Assembly: GCA_964628285.1 (NCBI GenBank)
Contig: CAZVNP010000001.1
Coordinates: 7,456 to 71,455, forward strand
Reading direction: 5' to 3'
From: an uncultured Lentimicrobiaceae bacterium
GTDB taxonomy: Bacteria; Bacteroidota; Bacteroidia; Bacteroidales; JAGONC01
Length of the DNA: 64,000 bases
Position numbers and translations under genes: made by a program. Under the pieces are notes generated by a model, which saw nothing but the letters and a program-made list of their open reading frames with translations, ran no database searches and was not told the origin of the DNA. Shown here one piece after another: positions 1 through 10,361 of this stretch (positions are counted from its first letter, which is position 1; each line of letters begins with the position of its first letter).

Positions 1-1233
1 GAAACGGCGGTACTTGTGGAAACGTTGGTGGAGTTGGGTGCCAAGGTCAGATGGTCCAGCTGCAACATTTTTTCGACACAGGATCAGGCTGCTGCCGCTC
101 TGGCTGCCGGTGGTGTACCTGTCTTCGCCTGGAAAGGCGAATCACTGGAAGAATATTGGTGGTGCACGTCACAGGCTTTATCTTTCCCTGATGGCAAAGG
201 GCCCACAATGATCGTTGATGACGGGGGGGATGCCACCCTCATGGTGCACAGAGGCTATGCCGCCGAAGAAGATCCGTCACTGCTGGAGAAAGAGCCTGAG
301 AATGCCGAGGAAAAAGCCATATTGAAACAGCTGAGGACGTTGTACAACCTCGATAGCACCAAGTGGCACCGCATGGTGAAGGAGTGGGTGGGCGTGTCGG
401 AGGAGACCACGACGGGCGTACACCGCCTGTATCAGATGAAGGCCAACGGAACATTGCTGGCACCAGCTATTAACGTGAACGACTCGGTGACGAAGTCGAA
501 ATTTGATAACCTATATGGCTGCCGGGAGTCGCTGGCCGACGGTATCAAAAGGGCCACGGATGTGATGATCGCCGGGAAGGTGGTGGTGGTTTGTGGCTAT
601 GGTGATGTAGGCAAAGGTTCGGCTCAATCGATGAGGTCGTATGGCGCCCGTGTCCTGGTCACCGAAATTGATCCCATATGTGCTTTGCAGGCCGCCATGG
701 AGGGATTCCAGGTGACCACCGTGGAAGATGCCCTGGCGGAAGGTAATATTTTTGTCACAGCCACAGGAAACCGCGATGTGATCACCCTCGACCATATGCT
801 TCACATGAAAGACCAGACTATCGTGTGCAACATAGGTCATTTTGACAATGAGATACAGGTCGATCAACTGAACAATTATCCCGGAATCAGGAAAATAAAT
901 ATACAACCCCAGGTCGATAAATACATTTTTCCCGACGGTCATGCCATTTATCTTCTTGCCGAGGGGCGGCTGGTCAATCTGGGTTGTGCTCATGGTCATC
1001 CTTCCTTCGTGATGAGCAACTCTTTCTCCAACCAGGTGCTGGCACAGATCGAGCTATGGAAAAAGCATCACCCCATCGACGTCTACCGTCTGCCCAAGGA
1101 ATTGGACGAGGAGGTGGCACGTCTTCATCTGGACCAGCTCGGTGTGAAGCTGACCACGATGACGCGGGCACAAGCTGATTATATCGGTTTTCCGATCGAG
1201 GGACCGTATAAGCCGGATTTTTACCGTTATTGA
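1..1233 (+). CDS. ahcY: Adenosylhomocysteinase, 5' end cut by the window edge
   Basis: Frame 1 is open from base 1 ([28 protein letters not shown]...). It has the NAD-binding GYGDVGKG motif and the conserved C-terminal PDFYRY. The start codon lies upstream of the window. Confidence 0.95.
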   Translation, partial: ETAVLVETLVELGAKVRWSSCNIFSTQDQAAAALAAGGVPVFAWKGESLEEYWWCTSQALSFPDGKGPTMIVDDGGDATLMVHRGYAAEEDPSLLEKEPENAEEKAILKQLRTLYNLDSTKWHRMVKEWVGVSEETTTGVHRLYQMKANGTLLAPAINVNDSVTKSKFDNLYGCRESLADGIKRATDVMIAGKVVVVCGYGDVGKGSAQSMRSYGARVLVTEIDPICALQAAMEGFQVTTVEDALAEGNIFVTATGNRDVITLDHMLHMKDQTIVCNIGHFDNEIQVDQLNNYPGIRKINIQPQVDKYIFPDGHAIYLLAEGRLVNLGCAHGHPSFVMSNSFSNQVLAQIELWKKHHPIDVYRLPKELDEEVARLHLDQLGVKLTTMTRAQADYIGFPIEGPYKPDFYRY

Positions 1234-1365
1234 ATCGGGTATTATGGAGGTCTTCAGGTTTGCAGGTGTAAATGTTGACAGGATAGTGAATGACGGTGGG
1301 AGTGGGATTTTGAGAGAATGCGGCAGGGGTAATTTTTATTGCTTTCCTTCAAGATATCAATTAAA

Positions 1366-1845
1366 TCAATTAAAGATGTGAAGCAACTCACCATCGTATT
1401 CCGTAAAATATTGTTTGAGAGAATAGCGTGCCGGTCCTGAGAAGGGGCTGCCGTCGGTGATGAGGAATTGCGAGCCACAGCATGTGTCGATGATCGTCAG
1501 CCCCGACGGCTCGACGGTCAGCACGGAGCAGCCTGTGGTGGAAGAGGTCGTGCAGCAACCGTAAGGATCATAGGTGCAGATACGTTCGTAAGCTTTGAAC
1601 TCATCATGAAGAAGCCGGTAAACGATGATACCCCGGCTGGGTGGGTCGGCGGTGACATAAACCCAGCCACCGTCAGGAATATAATCGATTGTATTGGGAT
1701 AAAGGAATATGTTCACATAAGCCTGTGGAATATCCGGACCGCTGTTTTTGTTGCATGAAAATATGAACAGGACCGCAATGATCGTTATACGAAAAGCTGA
1801 GGGTAACACCGGATGCCGGGAATGGGTGGTTACGGTCTTAATCAT
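1366..1845 (-). CDS. Cys-rich lipoprotein with a Rieske-like fold signature but no His ligands
   Basis: 159-aa ORF with a signal peptide and lipobox (FIFSC). The mature part resembles a Rieske domain by eye (GGWVYV..GIIVYR..CTYDPYGCC..TCCGSQFLITDGSPFSGPA..L.QY). The His residues of CxH/CxxH are replaced. Confidence 0.55.
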   Translation of the reverse strand: MIKTVTTHSRHPVLPSAFRITIIAVLFIFSCNKNSGPDIPQAYVNIFLYPNTIDYIPDGGWVYVTADPPSRGIIVYRLLHDEFKAYERICTYDPYGCCTTSSTTGCSVLTVEPSGLTIIDTCCGSQFLITDGSPFSGPARYSLKQYFTEYDGELLHIFN

Positions 1846-1936
1846 GATCGAAAAATCTTTGGCAAAGGTACTATTAATATAATATTCCGGATTTTATTAA
1901 TTTTAGAATGATATTCCGGGACAAAGTTTTTATTGA

Positions 1937-2284
1937 ATGCGAAACGGATTCCTGCGATGGCAACTGATCGTGGCATTGATCTTTGGCCTCATGACCCTCA
2001 GTGCCTGCGGGCTTTTCAGGTCACCGCAACGAAAGGCTTTTACAGGCAGCACGGTGACCATCTCAGATGAGAATCCCCGTTATCTGACTAAGAAGATAAG
2101 AAAGGAACAACGACAGAAGGAAAAGTCAGATTACAGGGCCTATAAGGCATCGAAGAAACGTTATAACAAGCTGCAATCGAAAACGGCAAGACAAAACATG
2201 AAGGCTTTGCAGAAACACGCGCGTAAAATAAATAAGTCAAAGAAACGGAGGATGTTTGAGAAAAATTACAAAGGTTGCGGTTAG
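1937..2284 (+). CDS. Small, very basic lipoprotein (hypothetical)
   Basis: 115-aa ORF with a signal peptide and lipobox (LSAC). By my count 27 of the last 68 residues are K or R. Confidence 0.5.
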   Translation: MRNGFLRWQLIVALIFGLMTLSACGLFRSPQRKAFTGSTVTISDENPRYLTKKIRKEQRQKEKSDYRAYKASKKRYNKLQSKTARQNMKALQKHARKINKSKKRRMFEKNYKGCG

Positions 2285-2341
2285 AAAGAGCCTCCGGCAA
2301 TTTGTGACCGTTTGATATCATTTCATTTTGTTCATATCCTC

Positions 2342-5300
2342 ATGAAGAGGCATTTATCTGATATGGGATGGCATGGTATGATCACGGCGATGGGGCTCGT
2401 TCTTTTCACTGTGATGTGTTTTCGTCATGTTTCTGCACAGGATATTGAAAACATCCGTTTCGACAGGATTCTCTCCGAAAACACCAAGATAGAAAAGGGT
2501 CTTTCGCAAAATTCAGTGCAATGCATCCTTCAGGACCGGAAAGGATATATCTGGTTCGGGACCTGGGACGGCCTGAATAAATATGACGGATACGGGTTCA
2601 TTATCTATGATAAAGACAACAAGCTCAGCGGACAGACAGTCAATTGCCTGCTGGAAGATGACGAAGGCTACCTGTGGATCGGTACCGATGAAGGACTCAA
2701 CAGGTATGACCGTCGTCAAAATGAATTCAAGTCGTACAGGCATGATCCGGCCGATTCGGCCAGTCTCATCAATGATTTTGTTACCACACTGATCCAGGAT
2801 GAAGAGGGCTATATCTGGATAGGTACACAAAACGGGTTGAGCCGTCTGGATAAAAAAACAGGCCTTTTCCTCTCTTTCCTTTGCAATCCGTTAGACAATA
2901 CCCTTCTCAAGAGCAATAACATCAATGATTTGTGCTTTGACGACAGGGGTTACCTCTGGATAGCCACACGCATCGGCCTCATTAAATTCGACCGCAGGAT
3001 GTCGCAAGTGACGCGACTGTTCAGCATTCCTGACGATGAGAACGGTCTGCCGGATAATTTCGTCAGGTGTGTTTATAAAGTATCCGACGGATACATCCTG
3101 GTCGGTACCAATGCCGGTCTGAGCCGTCTGAACCCTGCCACATCACTCTTTGAAAAGGATTTCCCGGGAGCTGTCAGCACCATTAACCTCAACACCATTC
3201 CTGTAAACAAGATACTTGAAGACAGCCAGCACAATCTGTGGATAGGTACCGACGGAGGCGGATTGTATGTCTGCAGCCCTCAGAAGGGGAAAACGGCACA
3301 TTATGAACTTAATAATGATGTGAGCAGCAGTCTGAGCAATAACCGGGTGTTAAGCATGATGGAGGATCGTTCAGGTACGGTGTGGGTGGGTACATTTATC
3401 GGCGTGAATAAATTCGACCGCCATTCAAGCAAGTTCAGCGTTTACAGGAACACCCCCAATGATTATCATTCACTCAGCAGTAACTATGTGCTCTCTATAT
3501 ACGAAGATAAAAATAAAATTTTGTGGGTTGCGACTGACGGCGGATTGAACATCATGGAACGTAACACGGGTGAATTCAGGTATCTTCTGCACAACCCCCG
3601 GCGCCCGTCAGGATTGATAAGCAATCACCTGAGGGTGGTGAGAGGCGACCGCCATGGTTATATGTGGTTAGGCACCCTGAATGACGGCCTTGAGAGGTAT
3701 GATCCCCGGACGGGCCGGTTTCTTCATTTCCGTCATGATCCCAGGGATGAAAACAGCATCAGCAGCAATGACATCCTGTGTGTTTATGAAGACAATCACG
3801 GCATGATATGGATTGGTACCGGTCGTGGAGGGCTGAACCGTTATAATCCTGCAACGAACCGTTTCACCGTATTTAAAAATAATCCTTCCGACACCACCAG
3901 CCTTAGCAACAACCAGGTGTGGACCATCTGTCAGGACCGGACCGGGAATATCTGGATAGGCACGACAAATGGTCTTAACAGGATGGACCCTCAGGGGAAA
4001 CGTTTCTTCCGGTACATGTTCTTTTCAGGCAGTGACCACGATTCATACATCAGGGAGATTTTTTGTATCCATGAGGATGCATCCGGTATATTATGGTTGG
4101 GCACCAAGGGTGGCGGTCTGTTACGCTTCGACCCCGTCACACGGTCGGTCAGGGCATATACCGAGCGGGAGGGTCTGTCAAACAATGTGGTGTATGGCAT
4201 CCTGCAGGATAAAACCGGCAATCTCTGGCTCAGCACCAACTGGGGTATCTCACGCTTCAATCCTGCCGACGGTTCCTTCGTGCATTATGATGTCAGGGAC
4301 GCTTTGCAAAGCAACGAATTTAATATAGGTGCCTATTTTGAAAACAGTGACGGTGAAATGTATTTCGGAGGCATGAATGGCTTTAACCTGTTCAATCCTT
4401 CCGAGATCAAGACCAATGAGCTCATGCCCCATACGGTCATCACCTCCTTCCGCATCTTTAACCACAATGTGGAGCGTGAACTGAACAGCGGCGATACCAT
4501 CATTTTGTCGGCCAACGATAATTTTTTCACCATCGGATTTTCGGCCCTGGATTATACCAATCCTTACAAGAACAGGTACCGCTATTATCTTAAAAATTAC
4601 GATAAGGGATGGACGAATGTCATGGCCGACAAACGTTATGCCGACTATACCAATGTGAATGCAGGCACCTATTTGTTCAGGGTCATTGGATCGAACAACG
4701 ACGGGGTCTGGGATAAGGAAGGTGCCGACCTGACCATACTCATCCGGCCTCACTGGTATAAGACATGGTGGTTCCGGATACCGGTGATCGTCCTGTTTAT
4801 CACCATGGTGTGGTATCTCATCTGGCGACGCATCAATCTCCTACGGCGCCGGCACGAAGCCGAGAAAAAGGTGCTCGACGTCCAGAAACAGCTTTATGAT
4901 ACCGAATTACAGGCTCTCCGCCTGCAGATGAATCCTCACTTTATTTTCAACACACTGAATTCCATACAAAGTTTTATACTTAAAAATGATACGGATAAAG
5001 CGGTTAATTATCTGGGCAAATTTTCGCAGCTCATGCGCATGATATTGACCAATTCAACCGAAACCTATATCTCGGTCAAAGAGGAGCTGAAGGCTTTGCG
5101 TTACTATCTCGAAATAGAGAACCTGCGTTTTGAGAATAAGTTCAGTTACGCCATCATCGTGGATAAGTCCATTGATGAGGAGTTCATTGAAATCCCGCCG
5201 ATGATCATCCAGCCCTATGTCGAGAACGCCATCATTCACGGGCTTTTACACAAGGAAGAGAAAGGCCATATCAATATCCGGCTCAGCCTGACCGGGCGTC

Positions 5301-5533
5301 ATATTCTGTGGGTCATCGAAGACAACGGCATCGGCCGTGAAAAAGCGCGTCAGATACAACAGGCATCAGGATTGTACAGGAAATCAAAAGGTATGTTGAT
5401 CACCAGGGAACGTCTGCAGGTGCTGAATAAAAATAACAACGAGGATTTTTCTATTCATATCGTGGATATGACTGATGATAAGGGACAACCTTCCGGCACC
5501 AGGGTGGAGGTGCTGATGGCTTATAATGATTAG
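2342..5533 (+). CDS. Sensor histidine kinase: periplasmic two-component-regulator propeller repeats + Y_Y_Y-like region + TM + LytS/YehU-type kinase
   Basis: Many repeats of the G(Y/N)(I/L)W(I/V)GT..GL.R(Y/F)D type, and one TM helix (WWFRIPVIVLFITMVWYLIW). It carries the LytS-type His box LQMNPHFIFNTLNSIQ and an HATPase region (VIEDNGIG). The ORF-track start at 2312 is TTG; the first in-frame ATG is at 2342. Confidence 0.9.
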   Translation: MKRHLSDMGWHGMITAMGLVLFTVMCFRHVSAQDIENIRFDRILSENTKIEKGLSQNSVQCILQDRKGYIWFGTWDGLNKYDGYGFIIYDKDNKLSGQTVNCLLEDDEGYLWIGTDEGLNRYDRRQNEFKSYRHDPADSASLINDFVTTLIQDEEGYIWIGTQNGLSRLDKKTGLFLSFLCNPLDNTLLKSNNINDLCFDDRGYLWIATRIGLIKFDRRMSQVTRLFSIPDDENGLPDNFVRCVYKVSDGYILVGTNAGLSRLNPATSLFEKDFPGAVSTINLNTIPVNKILEDSQHNLWIGTDGGGLYVCSPQKGKTAHYELNNDVSSSLSNNRVLSMMEDRSGTVWVGTFIGVNKFDRHSSKFSVYRNTPNDYHSLSSNYVLSIYEDKNKILWVATDGGLNIMERNTGEFRYLLHNPRRPSGLISNHLRVVRGDRHGYMWLGTLNDGLERYDPRTGRFLHFRHDPRDENSISSNDILCVYEDNHGMIWIGTGRGGLNRYNPATNRFTVFKNNPSDTTSLSNNQVWTICQDRTGNIWIGTTNGLNRMDPQGKRFFRYMFFSGSDHDSYIREIFCIHEDASGILWLGTKGGGLLRFDPVTRSVRAYTEREGLSNNVVYGILQDKTGNLWLSTNWGISRFNPADGSFVHYDVRDALQSNEFNIGAYFENSDGEMYFGGMNGFNLFNPSEIKTNELMPHTVITSFRIFNHNVERELNSGDTIILSANDNFFTIGFSALDYTNPYKNRYRYYLKNYDKGWTNVMADKRYADYTNVNAGTYLFRVIGSNNDGVWDKEGADLTILIRPHWYKTWWFRIPVIVLFITMVWYLIWRRINLLRRRHEAEKKVLDVQKQLYDTELQALRLQMNPHFIFNTLNSIQSFILKNDTDKAVNYLGKFSQLMRMILTNSTETYISVKEELKALRYYLEIENLRFENKFSYAIIVDKSIDEEFIEIPPMIIQPYVENAIIHGLLHKEEKGHINIRLSLTGRHILWVIEDNGIGREKARQIQQASGLYRKSKGMLITRERLQVLNKNNNEDFSIHIVDMTDDKGQPSGTRVEVLMAYND

Positions 5534-5598
5534 AAAGAGGCTTTTGTCATTAGTTTGGAAATAATCCTTAAATTTCATGGTTTTTAAATGCACGACTG

Positions 5599-6348
5599 AT
5601 GTTACGTGCCGTCATTATCGAGGATGAGAAAAATTCGCGTGACGCCCTCGCCGAGCTTTTATCACGCTATTGCCGTCAGATAGAGGTGCTGGCAGAGGCT
5701 GACGGCCTGAACAGCGGCCGGGCAGCCATCAGAAGATACCATCCGGATATCATTTTCCTGGATATTCTAATGCCCGACGGCAGCGGCTTCAAATTGCTCG
5801 AAGAAACGGGCGACATCGATTTCGACGTGATCTTTGTCACCGCTTTCGACCAGTATGCCATTCAAGCCATCAGATACAGCGCCCTGGATTATCTTTTGAA
5901 ACCGGTCATACCCGAAGAACTTGTCGCTGCCGTGGAAAAAGCCGAAAAAAAGAAACTGTCGAAAGAGAAAAACCGCAACATCCAGGTCCTGCTTGAGAAC
6001 ATACGTTCAGGCATTGAAAAGCCCCGTAAAATTGTCCTCTCAACAGCCGATAAAATACATGTTGTCGAAGTGGACCATATCCTGCGGTGCGAGTCAGACA
6101 ACTATTATACGAAGTTCTTCTTCACCGACGGAAAGACATTGCTGGTGTCCAGGACTCTGAAAGAGAATGAGACCTTACTCTCGGGCCATGATTTTATCCG
6201 CCCTCATAAATCACACCTTGTCAACACGAAATACATCAAAGGATACCTTAAACACGACGGCGGCTTCATTCAGATGAGCGATGGATCACAGATACCCGTG
6301 TCGCGTCGAAAACGTGAACAGATCATCGAGATCATCAGTCACCTGTGA
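5599..6348 (+). CDS. LytTR-family response regulator (REC + LytTR DNA-binding domain)
   Basis: The N-terminal receiver has IIFLDILMPDGSG and a conserved K in LLKP. The C-terminal LytTR-like segment reads HVVEVDHILRCESDNYYTKFFF..RPHKSHLVN. It lies 65 nt downstream of the kinase. Confidence 0.92.
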   Translation: MLRAVIIEDEKNSRDALAELLSRYCRQIEVLAEADGLNSGRAAIRRYHPDIIFLDILMPDGSGFKLLEETGDIDFDVIFVTAFDQYAIQAIRYSALDYLLKPVIPEELVAAVEKAEKKKLSKEKNRNIQVLLENIRSGIEKPRKIVLSTADKIHVVEVDHILRCESDNYYTKFFFTDGKTLLVSRTLKENETLLSGHDFIRPHKSHLVNTKYIKGYLKHDGGFIQMSDGSQIPVSRRKREQIIEIISHL

Positions 6349-6375
6349 CCTGTTCTTTCATGATTTGTGAAAGCC

Positions 6376-6405
6376 GTAAACTGACCTGCCCCGACCGAAA
6401 ACTGT
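6376..6405 (-). promoter_or_regulatory. Candidate LytTR operator: two 9-mers separated by 12 bp
   Basis: Minus-strand TCAGTTTAC (6376-6384) and ACAGTTTTC (6397-6405) start 21 bp apart. They match the LytTR consensus [TA][AC][CA]GTTN[AG][TG], as I recall it, at 8/9 and 7/9 positions. A third 9/9 copy, TCAGTTTGG, is at 6463-6471 (minus). Confidence 0.3.
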
Positions 6406-6651
6406 TTAAGCCTTTTATTTGCGAGGGAATTGTCATACTTTTACAGGCTCATATCAGGTAAACCAAACTGACCGTTATTTGGATCATGTTGGAACAGGCC
6501 CAAGAATGGTTGATGAAAGAGTTTGAAAACTAAAGGCTTGCTGTTTTTTTTTCAATTACGGCAGCAAAAATACTTGTTTGAAATTTATTTTTATTCTTAA
6601 CTTTACCGCTTTTCAGATAAGCAGAATTTCGTTCAAATAAAACCTCTGATT

Positions 6652-9600
6652 ATGATAAAGAATTTACTACTTACTGTTGGATTAGTTTTAACTGCCAGCC
6701 TGTTGGTGTATTCTCAGACGGGGACATTAAAAGGGCAGATCATTGACAAGGAATCCCAGGAGCCTATACCTTTCTGCAACATTATCGTCGAAGTTGCAGG
6801 AGCCCAGAAAGGGGGTACATCATCCGACTTTGAGGGTAATTATACCATTAAACCCATCAATCCGGGGGAATACGATGTCAAGGCCACCTATGTGGGGTAT
6901 AAACCCGTCGAGATTAAGGGTGTTTTAATCAAACCCGATAAAATAACTTTCCTCGATATCAAGATGGAGGTAACGGCCACCACCCTTGAAACTTTTGAAG
7001 TTATTGACTATAAGGTACCCCTCATCAGCAAAGACCAGACATCCACAGGTCAGACAGTCACCTCCGAGGAGATCGCCAAAATGGCTTCGCGTAGTGCCGA
7101 TGCTGTGGCCACCACCGTCGGAGGTGTTTTCTCCCGCGACGGCGAAGTGGGCAGTATCCGCGGTCAACGCTCCTCCAATACGGTGACATATGTCGACGGC
7201 ATGCGCGTCATCGGCTCGGCACCACTGCCTGAGGCCGCCATCGATCAGGTGTCCGTCATTCTCGGGGGAACACCGGCACAGTATGGTGATGTCACCGGCG
7301 GCATCATCAATGTAACCACCAAGGGCCCCTCCAGAAAATTCGGCATGGGCCTCGAAGTCCAGACATCGGAATACCTCGATTACTATGGCTATAACCGTGT
7401 CGGTATTAACCTTAACGGCCCGCTGATAAAAAGTAAAAATCCCAGCAAACCCGCCCTCTTCGGTTATTTTATCGCCGGCGAAGCCATATATAACAAGGAT
7501 GGCGCACATGCTGCCAACGGTCTCTATAAGGTGAACGACGAAAAACTGGCTGAATTGGAAGCCTCACCGTTACGCACCACAGGCCTCGGTTTTGGAACCT
7601 ATTACCAGAGTCTCTTCCTGACAAAAAACGACCTCGTCCATATCAAATCCTCAATAAATACATCAAATTTCAGTACAAACGTATCGGGAAAGTTTGACGT
7701 TGCCACAGGACCCAATGTGAGCCTGTCGTTCGGAGGAAACCTTAATTACTTTGAAAACAATAACTTTAATTTTGGCAGTGCACTGGCGAATTATGACAAC
7801 AATGGTTTCTCCAAAGGCAACACATGGCGTGTCTTCGCGAAATTTTCCCAGCGTTTTCCCACCAGCGAATCCGAGCCATCCCTGATAAAAAACGTCTTTT
7901 ATACCATCCAGGCCGACTATACCAGGGTGAATAACAGTAATTATGATCCGCATCATAAAAGTGATTTCTTTAATTATGGCTATATCGGACAATTCACCAC
8001 TTATAAAACACGATCCTATTCATCTGACTTTGAATATGATTCTATTGCAGGTCTGTACGCCCATTTGATGAATAATTTCCAGGATACGCTTTATGCTTTT
8101 ACCAGGTCGGAGATCAACCCGCTCTTAGCCAATTACACGTCACAATATTATGAGTTGCATCCTATGATACAGAACCTTGACCAGATGATTCTAAGCGAAG
8201 GGGGATTGGTCAATGGCCGCGGCCCGCAGACCATTTATGGTTTGTTCACCATGCCCGGGACCCTGCTCACGGGTTATGGCAAAAGTGAATCGGAACAAAT
8301 CGAAATCGATGTTATGGGTTCTGCCGACATCGGCAACCATGCCATTCAATTCGGGTTGCAGTATCAGCAGAGGAGCTCGAGTAGTTGGGGCATAGCCCCG
8401 GTCGAATTGTGGTCACTCATGCGTGGTGAAGCCAACTGGCACATCCGCGAACTCGACTTCTCCAATCCATTGCCGGTTTATCTCGACGGCGTATTCCAGG
8501 ATACAATAAATTACAACAGGAAGTATGACCCGACAACACAGTTCTTCTTCGATAAAAATCTGAGAATGAAAATGGGCCTGCCTGTCGATGGTACCGACTG
8601 GATCGACATCGACTCCTACGACCCGAATACCCAAGCGATATATTATTACGACGCCGAGGGTAACCATCATCTGACCCACATCAACGGAGGTTTGGACTTG
8701 AATATGTTCAGCCCCGACGAATTGATAGGAATAAGTACCGGTGATAATCTCGTGGGATATTACGGATACGACGTTTATGGCAACAAACTGAAAAGCAAAC
8801 CGTCATTTGAAGACTTTTTTACCAAGAAAGATGCTAACGGTAATTATACCAGAGAGATCGGGGCCTACGAACCCATTTACATGGCCGGCTACGTTCAGGA
8901 TGTTTTCTCCTTTAAAGATTTGATTTTCAATGTAGGCGTCCGCGTAGACCGTTTTGACGCCAACCAGAAAGTCCTGAAGGATCCCTATCTTTTATATGAG
9001 GCAAAAACAGTGAAAGAAGTGACCAATCTGGGTCCGATACCTTCCAATATGGGACCGGATTATGTGGTGTATGTAGATAATGTGAGTAATCCGACCGTCA
9101 TCATGGGTTACCGCAACGGCAGCACATGGTATAATGCTCAGGGAGTGGAAGTCATTGACCCCACCGATCCGAAAACATCTTTGGATGCCGGTAACGGTAT
9201 CTCACCTTACCTGGTAAATCCAAATAACCGGGAGGTCTCTCCTGCCGCCTTTGAGGATTATACACCTGCAATCAATGTGATGCCGAGGATCGCGTTCTCT
9301 TTTCCTATTTCCGATGAAGCTTTATTTTTCGCCCACTATGATATTTTGACGCAGCGTCCGACATCCAATTATTTCATTACTCCCCTGTCGTATCTCTTCT
9401 GGCCTATCATTAATAATCCGACCTTTAATAATCCTAACCTCAGGCCTGAAAAGACCATCGACTATGAGATAGGGTTCCAGCAGGTGCTCAGTCCCTCTTC
9501 TGCCATCAATATTTCGGCTTTCTATCGTGAAGTGAGGGATCAGATACAGTTTTACCGTTTCACGGGCGCTTACCCTAAGACCTATTATTCCTATAATAAC

Positions 9601-10353
9601 ATCGACTTTGGTACCATCAAGGGTCTGACTATCCAGTATGACCTGCGCCGTACCCTGAATGCCCGGCTCAGAGCGGCTTATACCTTGCAGTTTGCCGATG
9701 GCACCGGCTCCAATGCGACCACGCAACAGGCTCTTATTCAGTCGAAACAACCCAATCTTCGTACGCTCAACCCGCTCGACATCGACCGGCGCCATGCCAT
9801 CAACATATCTCTTGACTACCGCTGGGGTGAAGGTAAGGATTACAACGGACCGGTAACAACCAGAAATAAGGGAGAGAGAACCAAAACGATTTATTGGCTT
9901 GAGAATACCGGTTTCAATCTGACCGTTTTCGGCGGCTCCGGAACACCATATACCAAATCGTCGACCATTTATCCCTCACTGATCTCCAACAGCGGCCGCC
10001 TTATCAAAGGATCGCTCAATGGTTCACGGCTTCCGTGGCAGTTCAGGCTTGACCTGAGAGTCGACAGGGAGTTCGGCATTACCATGGGTAAAGGTGAAAA
10101 GAGCAAAACCTCGTACCTCGATGTTTATTTCCAGATCCTTAACCTCCTGAATTCGAGGAATGTCCTTAATGTCTATGCCGCTACGGGCAATCCCAATGAC
10201 GACGGTTACCTTGCCGCCGCCGAATGGCAGACGCAAATTAACCAGCAGCTCGATCCCCAGTCATACAGGGATATGTACAGCATCGCTCTCGATAATCCGG
10301 GGAATTACAGCATCCCGCGTATGATACGCTTCGGGCTGAGCTTTAATTTTTAA
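6652..10353 (+). CDS. Very large TonB-dependent receptor (CarboxypepD_reg-like domain + plug + beta-barrel)
   Basis: Signal peptide, then a CarboxypepD_reg-like segment (GTLKGQIIDKESQEPIPFCNIIV..FEGNYTIKPINPGEYDVKATYVGYKP). A plug-like region follows (SIRGQRSSNTVTYVDGMRV..GGIINVTTKG). The C-terminus ends in an aromatic residue (GLSFNF). Length is 1233 aa. Confidence 0.9.
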   Translation: MIKNLLLTVGLVLTASLLVYSQTGTLKGQIIDKESQEPIPFCNIIVEVAGAQKGGTSSDFEGNYTIKPINPGEYDVKATYVGYKPVEIKGVLIKPDKITFLDIKMEVTATTLETFEVIDYKVPLISKDQTSTGQTVTSEEIAKMASRSADAVATTVGGVFSRDGEVGSIRGQRSSNTVTYVDGMRVIGSAPLPEAAIDQVSVILGGTPAQYGDVTGGIINVTTKGPSRKFGMGLEVQTSEYLDYYGYNRVGINLNGPLIKSKNPSKPALFGYFIAGEAIYNKDGAHAANGLYKVNDEKLAELEASPLRTTGLGFGTYYQSLFLTKNDLVHIKSSINTSNFSTNVSGKFDVATGPNVSLSFGGNLNYFENNNFNFGSALANYDNNGFSKGNTWRVFAKFSQRFPTSESEPSLIKNVFYTIQADYTRVNNSNYDPHHKSDFFNYGYIGQFTTYKTRSYSSDFEYDSIAGLYAHLMNNFQDTLYAFTRSEINPLLANYTSQYYELHPMIQNLDQMILSEGGLVNGRGPQTIYGLFTMPGTLLTGYGKSESEQIEIDVMGSADIGNHAIQFGLQYQQRSSSSWGIAPVELWSLMRGEANWHIRELDFSNPLPVYLDGVFQDTINYNRKYDPTTQFFFDKNLRMKMGLPVDGTDWIDIDSYDPNTQAIYYYDAEGNHHLTHINGGLDLNMFSPDELIGISTGDNLVGYYGYDVYGNKLKSKPSFEDFFTKKDANGNYTREIGAYEPIYMAGYVQDVFSFKDLIFNVGVRVDRFDANQKVLKDPYLLYEAKTVKEVTNLGPIPSNMGPDYVVYVDNVSNPTVIMGYRNGSTWYNAQGVEVIDPTDPKTSLDAGNGISPYLVNPNNREVSPAAFEDYTPAINVMPRIAFSFPISDEALFFAHYDILTQRPTSNYFITPLSYLFWPIINNPTFNNPNLRPEKTIDYEIGFQQVLSPSSAINISAFYREVRDQIQFYRFTGAYPKTYYSYNNIDFGTIKGLTIQYDLRRTLNARLRAAYTLQFADGTGSNATTQQALIQSKQPNLRTLNPLDIDRRHAINISLDYRWGEGKDYNGPVTTRNKGERTKTIYWLENTGFNLTVFGGSGTPYTKSSTIYPSLISNSGRLIKGSLNGSRLPWQFRLDLRVDREFGITMGKGEKSKTSYLDVYFQILNLLNSRNVLNVYAATGNPNDDGYLAAAEWQTQINQQLDPQSYRDMYSIALDNPGNYSIPRMIRFGLSFNF

Positions 10354-10361
10354 ATAGAATC

